64,000 bases of DNA from the human T2T-CHM13v2.0 reference genome, Homo sapiens. Each line of letters begins with the position of its first letter. The stretch's first letter is position 1. Below are positions 54,641 to 64,000 of the stretch, piece by piece. Below the pieces are notes generated by a model, which made no database searches, was not told the DNA's origin, and worked only from the letters and a program-made list of their open reading frames with translations. The stretch lies in NCBI RefSeq assembly GCF_009914755.1, contig NC_060930.1; one strand, 5' to 3'. The translations under genes and the position numbers were made by a program.

Positions 54641-56246
54641 CCAGGACACTAGTCTCTTAGGTATTCAGGAGGACCAGGATCTTGAGGGCCTTGTCTCTTT
54701 GTGGCATGGTAAGGTGTCAGTCTGTTGACAAGATGTTGTGTCACTTGGAGCAGCAGGCCTGGCACTGACCCTTCTGTCTGACAGGTTGGTGATTGCAGGA
54801 GTTGGATCAGAAGAAAGGTATTAAAAAGATCTCTTATCTTCTCTAGCAAAGTGATGTGAAATTGTAGGTCCATTTGGGGAGTTTCTCTTCATCAAAGAGT
54901 ATTAGAAAGCAATTGAATAGTTTCAGATGGAACGGGAAACATGAAAATATTTAATCTGAAGTAAAATGTAAACCACAGTAGCTGATGTGTGGGTGATGTC
55001 TAGGGAGGGGAGGTAGAGTAATTGCAAGAAAAAATGAGGAGGCTCCTGATGAACTCTAAGGAGAAACTATAGTTATTTCAATCAGTGTGGTGCTTCTGGA
55101 AAAAAAGTGGACAAAGATGGCACATGTATCTGCATGTATATATGCATAAATGGATATCTGATTTAATACTGCACACACAGAAAATCGTCCATCTGAGTGG
55201 AGGTGTCAGGAGACAATGTAAGTGGAAAGAATGTTATGCCCTGTAAACTGACAGCAGTTGGGAGAAGAAAATCTGTGGACTTTCAGTCAACCATTGATTT
55301 CGAGGAATTGAGTAAATTTGTCTTAAATCTTAAAAATTTAGGTCCCTCCTAGAGTAAGGAATACAAATCTAGAGAATATTATATGTCTTTATGTCTATCT
55401 GTCTAAGCACACAAACACAACATACATACTAAATAATGGCTAATATATCAAAAATATTATTGTTTAAGAATAGATTTTATTTTTATAAGATCCCCAATGG
55501 ATTTGGCTTTCATGTTTGAGTGGCAATCATTGTAATAGGCCACATCTTTCCTCTTTTACTCATACTCTTTATGAATTACTCTATAGTATTGAATTTTTTT
55601 TTATTTTATCATAACATAGATTATAAACTGAGATATATAAATGTGTTTTATATGTAAATGTGATTTTTATATTAATTCATCTTATTTCACAATATTAGAT
55701 ATAATAACCATGCAAACTGCTAATTAAACCAGATTTGTTTGTAATTCCTTTTAAATTGACATATATATATCACTGTCATTGAAATAAAAAAAATAGCATG
55801 GCTACTGTTCAACCCCTTTCACAATGCTTAAATTGATTAAGTATAAATTCTGCTTTGCACATCATGTAAAGGAAATACACATTTAATTTGTTGATATCTT
55901 GGAGATATATATCATGTATTATTACTACATTTTTAAAAGGCAACAAAACCCATTCAGTACGTTGATTTCTTTTTTGAGATGTATGTATGAGGACTGTTTT
56001 CTTCATTTCGATAATAAATTAAATAACCAAAGGCCTCAAGAGAAAGAATAATTTTGAAATTAATAAAGGTAGTTCAATGTAAAAAGAGAAAATATTAGTA
56101 CTATTTCCAACCCAAGTATTCCACGGCTCCCATCTGGAAATATGTGCATGGCATAGAAGCCTATTATCATTTGAAGGTTTATAATTACTGTTAAATATAT
56201 ACATAGAATGCTATCATGATGGCTGTGGCTTTGTGATCTAACATAC

Positions 56247-56312
56247 CCCAAAGAGGCAGCATTAAGATTTACTTTCTCCGAATAAAAACTTTTAAGAGAA
56301 TGGACTTCTTTC
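56247..56312 (-). CDS. Candidate 66-nt internal coding exon, phase 2-2: (R)KEVHSLKSFYSEKVNLNAASL(G); gene not recognised
   Basis: Minus strand: cctcat branch-like motif, tttgcctttgcatttctag| acceptor, GGG|gtatgt donor; length divisible by 3; only one frame open; lies in non-repeat DNA. Confidence 0.5.
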
Positions 56313-56663
56313 CTAGAAATGCAAAGGCAAATATGAGGACAATCTTGATTAACAATGGCAGAAAGCCCATCAGATGAAAGGACTAACTGAAATTGCCAAA
56401 GCAACAAAGAAAAAGGGAACCAGTCAGTGTTTTCTCGCAGAGATCATTTAACTGGACTATTAAGGTATGTCCTGTATGGACTACACAGATAGAGCATGCA
56501 CAAAATTTCCATGGAATATGCTTGTAATGAAATACTATGTAGAGGTTAAAATTATATTGTAACATAAAGACAAAATATTTTAATATAAATCAGTAAGTGA
56601 GAAAAATCACATTTCAGGAAAGAATATGCAGTACAATATTTTTTTAAAGAGAAGGGGATATGC

Positions 56664-57219
56664 TGTTCCAGTTATCACAATTTATTGCCTCTCAGCTTTC
56701 CAGCCAATGTATCATTTCCTTGCTTGCCACAATGGAGCTGGGTGTTGTAAACATCACTTTATTGCCAGTTGAGGTGCTGGAGGGATGCTAAGGAAGGAAG
56801 ATGTTTCTTTTGCTGATTCTAGTGCACTTTACTCAGTTTGCCTCTGAGGGACTAACTATGCAGTTGTCCACACACACAAAATGGTGCTCACCTTCCTGTA
56901 GTTGCAGCCTGGGGTATTTGCACAGTAGTCTTGGTCCACCAGCTGTGGACCAGCCCTGTTTCAGAGTAACACAATAAACTTTATTGCCATCTCTTATGCT
57001 GGAGCTGTGCCTCCTCCATTGGCATCTAGATCCCATCCTTGGCGGGTGGGGGGATACTGTCAAGTTGGTTCCTTTTTCATTCACTTTCCCTTTTTTCACA
57101 GTTGTCTTTTATTCCCTCTTAGTAGCTAATTGCCTGTAAATAATTAATCCTCATACTGTGTCTTTCCTGTTAAGATTACTGTGTGATCTCTCTTTCCTGA
57201 CTGGACCATGACTGATATA
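56664..57219 (+). mobile_element. LTR41/LTR33-family ERVL solo LTR
   Basis: tgttccagttatcacaatttattgcctctcagct start; ttcctgttaagattactgtgtg...cctgactggaccatgactgata end. Confidence 0.75.
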
Positions 57220-57379
57220 CACTTTAGCACACACATACGAACACACACATAGATAATTGGAAAGTGATGTTTGGAACAATTAATAGTGATTATCATTTCT
57301 GGATGCTTATCTTTGAAGTACTCTTTATTTTCTTCTGTATATTTTTTGTATTGCCTAAATTCTCTACAATCATGCATTA

Positions 57380-57678
<299 letters not shown>

Positions 57679-58405
57679 TGCATTACCTTTGAAATCCAAA
57701 AATTTTAAACTAAATTTCAGAAAGCATTAATAAACTCTCCTAAGTTTAGAAAATAAACAGCCCCAGTATATTTAAAATAAAATAGGATCTAAATTTGAGA
57801 AGGCTTAGCTTGGGAGATTTTTTAATCATTCTTATTTTTATCTTGTATGTTTTAAAACGTTCAAAATGAAATTAGAAAGGAGCAAACACAATGAAATGCA
57901 TTCAACAAAAAATGTCAGACACTTATGATATTGCATTTGTTATTATAAACTAATTGCTGTTGCAGACAAGAAAACAAAAAGTGGAATTACTTTTACAAAC
58001 TTGTTCTAGATCAAAATTGCTCTATTTAGTGCCCTTTAAATGCAAAGTGACAGAGTATAAACCGATCCCACAGTATAGTAGATGCATTATCAGCATGCTG
58101 ACATGGCCTCCTTTGCCTGTTCTCTCTGATTTAATGTCATCAGACACAAGGGATTTACAACATTCTCGGTAATAATGGAGAGGCTGAAAGCAGATGTGTG
58201 GATATTTTTAATGTTTTTTTTTTCCTTCCCCAAGTTTTGTTATTTAGTTAAGGCAATACTGTGGAGACAATCAGTATGTTGCAGAATGTAATAAAAATGA
58301 ATATCAAGAGCAGATTACATTGATGGGAGAAAACTTCCTCATTTAAAAAAAAAAAAACAAGAAACAAAAACTTTTTCTCTATCAGAGTTTCAACAACTTG
58401 GAAAC

Positions 58406-61400
58406 TTTTTTATTTTATTTTAAGTTCCAGGATACATATGTGGGATATGCAGGTTTGTTACATACATAAACGTGTGCCATGGTGATTCACTGCACCTATC
58501 AACCCATCATTTAGGTATTAAGCCCAGCATGCATTAGCTATTTATCCTGTTGCATTCCATCTCCCTGTCCTCACAACAGGCCGTAATGTGTGTTGTTCCT
58601 CTCCTTGCGCCCACGTATTCTCATTGAACAGCTCCCACTTACCAGTGAAGATGCATGGTGTTTGGTTTTCTGCTCCTGTGTTAGTTTGCAGGGAATAATG
58701 GCCTCCAGCTCCATCCATGTCCCTGCAAAGACATGATCTTGTCCCTTCACGTGGCTGCATAGTATTCCATGATGTATGTGTACCACATTTTCTTTATCCA
58801 GTCTATCATTGACGGGCATTTGGGTTGATTCCATGTCTTTACTATTATGAATAGTGCTGCAGTGAACATACACACGCATGTATCTTTATAATAGAATAAT
58901 TTATATTCCTCTGGGCATATATCCAGTAATGGGATTGCTGGGTCAAATGGTATTTTTGGTTCTAGATCTTTAAGGAATCACTAAACTGTCTTTCACAATG
59001 GTTGAACTAATTTGCTTTCCCATCAATGGTGTAAAAGTGTTCCTATTTCTTCACAACCTCACCAGTTTCTTAACTTTTTAATAATTGCCATTCTGACTGG
59101 TGTGAGATGGTATCTCACTGTAGTTTTGATTTGCATTTCTCTAATGATCAGTGATGTTGAGCTTGTTTTCATATGTTTCTGGGCCACACAAATGCCTTCT
59201 TTTAAAAAGTGTCTGTCCATGTCCTTGGCAGACTTTTTAGTTTTTTTTTTATAAATTTGTTTAAGTTCCTTGTAGATTCTAGATATAAGACCATCATCAG
59301 ATGGATAGATTGTGAATTTTTTTCTGACTCTATAGGTTGCCTGTTCCCTCTGATGACAGTTTCTTTTGCTGTGCACAAGCTCTTTAGTTAAATTAGATCC
59401 ATTTGTCAATTTTTGCTTTTGTTGTCATTGCTTTTGGGAATTTCGCCATGAAACATTTTCCTGTGCCGATGTCCTGAATGGTATTGCCCAGATTTTCTCC
59501 TAGGGTTTTTGTAGTTTGGGGTTTTATATTTAAGTATTTAATCCTTCTAGAGTTACTTTTTGTATAAGGTGTAAGGAAGGTGTCCAGTTTCAGTTTTCTG
59601 CATATGGCTAGTCAGTATTCCCAGTACCATTTATTAAATGGAGAATCCTTTCCCCGTTGCTTTTTTTTTTGGTCAGGCTCATTGAATATCAGATGGTTGT
59701 AGATGTGTGGTGTTATTTTTGAGGTCTCTGTTCTGCTCCATTGGTCAATATGTCTGTTTTAGTAACAGTGTCATGCTGTTTTGGTTACTGTAGCCTTGCA
59801 GTATACTTTGAATTGAGGTAGCATGATGCCTCCAGTTTTGTTCTTTTTGCTTAGTATTATCTTGGCTATACTAGCTGTTTTATGGTTCCTTATGAATTTT
59901 AAAGTAATTTTTTTCTAATTCTGTGAAGAATGTCAATGGTAGAGTGATGGATGTAGCATTGAATCTGTAAATTACTTTGGGCAGTGTGGCCATTTTCATG
60001 ATATTGATTCTTCCTATACATGAGCATGGAATGTTTTTCCATTTGTTTGCATCCACTGCTATTTCCGTGAGCAGTGATTTTTAGTTCTCCTTGAAAAGGT
60101 CTTTCACTTCCCTTGGTATTTTATTCTATTTGTAGCAATTGTGAATAGCAGTTAATTTATGATTTGTCTCTGTGCTTGTCTATTGTTGTATAGGAACGTT
60201 TGTGAATTTTGCACATTGATTTTGTATCCAGAGATTTTGCTGAAGTTGCTTATCAGCTTAAAAAGCTCTTGGGCTGAGATGATATGTTTTCTAGATAAAG
60301 ATCATGTCATCTACAAACAAAGACAGTTTGACTTCCTCTCTTCCTATTTGAATACTTTTATTTCTTTCTCTTGGCTGATTGCCCTGGCCAGAACTTCCAA
60401 TACTATGTTGAATAGCAGTGGTGAGAGAGGGCATCCTTGTCTTGTGCCAGTTTTCAAGGGGAATGCTTCCAGCTTTTGCTCATTCAGTATGATATTGGCT
60501 GTGGGTTTGTCATAAATCGCTCTTATTATTTTGAGGCATGTTCCTTCAATATCTAGTTTATTATGAGTATTTAACATAAGGGAATGTTGAATTTTATTGA
60601 AGGCCTTTTCCACAGCTATTGAGATAATCATGAGGTTTTTGTCTTTAGTTCTGATTTAGTTATTGATTTGTGAACGTTGAACCAGCCTGGCATCCCGGTG
60701 ATGAAGCCAATTTGATCTGGATGAATAAGCTTTTTGATATGCTGCTGGATTCAGTTTGCCAGTATTTTATTGAGAATGTTTGCATTGAGGTTTTTCAGGG
60801 AATTTGGCTTGAAGATTTTTTTGTTGTATCTCTGCCAAGTTTTGGTATCAGGATGATGCTGGCCTCATAAAATGAGTTAGGGAGGAGGCCCTCCATTTCA
60901 ATTGTTTGGAATAGTTTCAGTAAAAAGGGTATCACCTCCTGTTTGTACCTGTGATAGAATTCAGCTGTAAATCCATCAGTTCTTGGGCTTCTTTTGTTGG
61001 TAGGTTATTTATTACTGTCCCAATTTCAGAACTTGCTATTGACCTATTCAGGGATTCAACTTCTTCCTGGTTCAGTCTTGGGAGGGTGTATGTTTCCAAG
61101 AATTCCTCTATTCCAGATTTTCTAGTTTGTTTGCATAGAAGTGTTGATAACATTCTCTAATGGTTGTTTGTATTTCTGTGGGGTCAGAGGTGATATCCCC
61201 TTTATCATTTTTATTGCCTCTATTTGAGTCATCTCTTTTCTTTTATTAGTCTAGGTAGCAGTCTATTTTATTAATTTTTTCAAAAAATTAGCTCCTGGAA
61301 TCATTGATTTTTTGAGGGATTTTTTGTATTTGTATTTCTGTCAGTTATGCTTTGAACTTGGTTGTTTATTGTCTTCTGCTAGCTTTAGGTTTTGTTTCCC

Positions 61401-62735
61401 CTTGGTTCTTTAGATCTAATAGTTGTGGTGTTAGGGTGTCTATTTTTCTAGCTTTTTGATGTGGGCATTTAGTGCCGTAAATTTCCCTCTTAACACTGCT
61501 TTAGCTGCATCCCAAAGATTCTGGTAGGTTGTCTCTTTGTTCTCATTGGTTTCAAAGAACTTCTTGATTTCTGCCTTAATTTCATTATTTACCCAGGAGT
61601 CACTCAGGAGCAGGTTGTTCAATTTTCATGTAGTTGTGTGGTTTTGAGTGAATTTCTTAATCTTGAATTCTAATTTGATTGTGCTATGATCTGAGAGACT
61701 GTTTGTTACGATTTCAGTCCTTTTGCATTTGCTGAGGAGTGTTTTACTTCTTATTATGTAATTGATTTTTTGAGTAAGTGCCATGTGGCACTGAGAAGAA
61801 TGTATATTCTGTTTTGGGGTGGAGAATTGTATGGATATCTATCAGGTCCACTTGATCCAGAGCTGAATTCAAGTCCTGAATATTCTTTTTAATTCTCTGT
61901 CTTGATGATCTGTCTAATGTTAACAGTGGGGTGTTAAAGTCTCCCACTATTACTTTGTGGGAGTCTAAGTCTCTTTGTATGTTACTAAGAACTTGTTTTT
62001 TGAATGTGGATGCTCCTGTATTGGGTGCATATATAATTAGAATAGTTAGCTTTTCTTGTTGACTTGATCCCTTTACCATTATCTTTATCTTATTTGAACT
62101 TTGTTGGTTTAAATTCTGTTTTGTCACAAACTAGGAATGCAACCCTTGCTTTTCTCTGCTTTCCATTTGCTTGGTAAATTTTCCTCCATCCCTTTATTTG
62201 AGCCTATGTGTGTCTTTGCACATGAGATGGGTCTCTTGAATGCAGCACACCAATGAGTCTTGACACTTTATCCAGCCTGTCATTTTGTCTTTTAATTGGG
62301 GTATTAAACTCACTTACATTTAAGATTAATATTCTTATGTGTGAATTTGATTCCATCATCATGATGCTAGCTGGTTATTTTGCAGACTTATTGCTGTATT
62401 TGCTTTATAAGGTCATTGGTCTTTGTACTTCACTGTGTTTTTGCAGTGGCTGGAACTGGTTTTTCCTTTCCATAACTAGTGTTTCTTTCAGGAGCTCTTG
62501 CAAGGCAGACCTGGTGTGACAAATTCCTTCAGCATTTGCTTGTCTGAAAATGATTTTATTTCTCCCTCACTTATGAAGCTTACTGTGGCTGGATATGAAC
62601 TTCTCAGTTGGAAATTCTTTTCTTTAAGAATGCTGAATATTGGCCCCAATCATTTATCATGTTTCTGCTGAGAGTTCTGCTGTTAGTCTGATGGGCTTCC
62701 TTTTGTAGATGATCTGCCCTTTCTCTCTGGCTGCT
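58406..62735 (-). mobile_element. L1PA8-like LINE, truncated within ORF1
   Basis: taggtattaagcccagcatgcattagc 3' UTR; endonuclease-domain fragment (IYAPNTGA, VGDFNTPL) at 61744-62127; ORF1 3' part to 62735. Confidence 0.92.
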
Positions 62736-62822
62736 ACTTGTCAATTTCTAACATAAAATATAATGGACAAGACACCAGAAGAGTGGTTGACTCATATTTT
62801 AATTTTCATTAAGATGTTTAAA

Positions 62823-63862
62823 TCTTGTAAATTTGTTGAAGTTCATTGTAGATTCTGGATATTAGCCCTTTGTCAGATGAGTAGATTGCAAAAATTTTCT
62901 CCCATTCTGTAGGTTGCCTGTTCACCCTGATGGTAGTTTCTTTTGCTGTGCAGAAGCCCTTTAGTCTACAATGAACTCCAACAAATTTACAAGAAAAAAA
63001 CAAACAACCTCATCAAAAAGTGGGCGAAGGATATGAACAGACACTTCTCAAAAGAAGACATTTATGCAGCCAAAAGACACATGAAAAAATGCTCATCATC
63101 ACTGGCCATCAGAGAAATGCAAATCAAAACCACTATGAGATACCATCTCACACCAGTTAGAATGGCTATCATTAAAAAGTCAAGAAACAACAGGTGCTGG
63201 AGAGGTTGTGGAGAAATAGGAACACTTTTACACTGTTGGTGGGACTGTAAACTAGTTCAACCATTGTGGAAGTCAGTGTGGCGATTCCTCAGGGATCTAG
63301 AACTAGAAATACCACTTGACCCAGCAATCCCATTACTGGGTATATACCCAAAGGATTATAAATTATGCTGCTATAAAGACACATGCACACGTATGTTTAT
63401 TGCAGCACTATTCACAATAGAAAAGACTTGAAACCAACCCAAATGTCCAACAATGATAGACTGGATTAAGAAAATGTGGCACATATACACCATGGAATAC
63501 TATGCATCCATAAAAAATGATGAGTTCGTGTCCTTTGTAGGGACATGGATAAAGCTGGAAACCATCATTCTCAGCAAACTATTGCAAGGACAAAAAACCA
63601 CCACATGTTCTCACTCATAGGTGGGAATTGAACGAGAACACATGGACACAGGAAGGGGACCATCACACACTGGGGCCTGTTGTGGGGTGGGGAGAGGGGG
63701 GAGGGATAGCATTTGGAGATATACTTAATGCTAAATGACGAGTTACTGGGTGCAGCAACCAACATGGCACATGTATACATATATAACAAGCCTACACGTT
63801 GTGCACATGTACCCTAAAACTTAAAGTACAATAAAAAAAATTTTTTCCATCCATTAAAAAAA
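62823..63862 (+). mobile_element. L1PA4-like LINE with a 5' inversion (62823-62965 minus) and a short 3' extension
   Basis: TSD aagatgtttaaatc at 62811-62824 and 63863-63876; orientation switch at 62965; ORF2 C-terminus in ORF 62943-63431. Confidence 0.96.
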
Positions 63863-64000
63863 AAGATGTTTAAATCAAGGGCATGTAGGAAAACTATGGA
63901 AATTTACAAATTTATAACTTTATATTATGGTATACCAAAGCAAGAAATATTCCCAAAACTAGAGATTTTCGTAAGATTTCTCTAAGTAACCTTAGATCAC

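Noticed and set aside
56931-56952. Hairpin tggtccac-cagct-gtggacca as an RNA element
   Set aside because: Short stem inside an LTR41-like repeat; too small for a pre-miRNA call.

Overview
AT-rich primate genomic DNA, almost certainly human because it carries an AluYb8-type element at 57382-57678. Well over half the window is interspersed repeat: L1 of many ages, Alu/FLAM, L2, MIR, a complete THE1D MaLR element, MLT1 and LTR41-like solo LTRs, Tigger1 and MER DNA transposon fragments. No complete gene, RNA gene or CRISPR array is visible. The long ORFs in the track are broken L1 ORF2 pieces or chance frames in Alu, THE1 and microsatellites. The best non-repeat coding candidate is one 66-nt symmetric exon on the minus strand (56247-56312), which I cannot assign to a gene. 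I see no convincing new biological system. The notable structure is a record of retrotransposition and repair: two twin-primed L1s with clean TSDs (one with a short 3' transduction), two old L1s where internal sequence was replaced by a copy of nearby DNA, a TSD-less and possibly mosaic L1PA2-like element next to an apparent deletion, and an orphan A-tailed insert. Subfamily labels come from remembered consensus features, and boundaries of old repeats are approximate.
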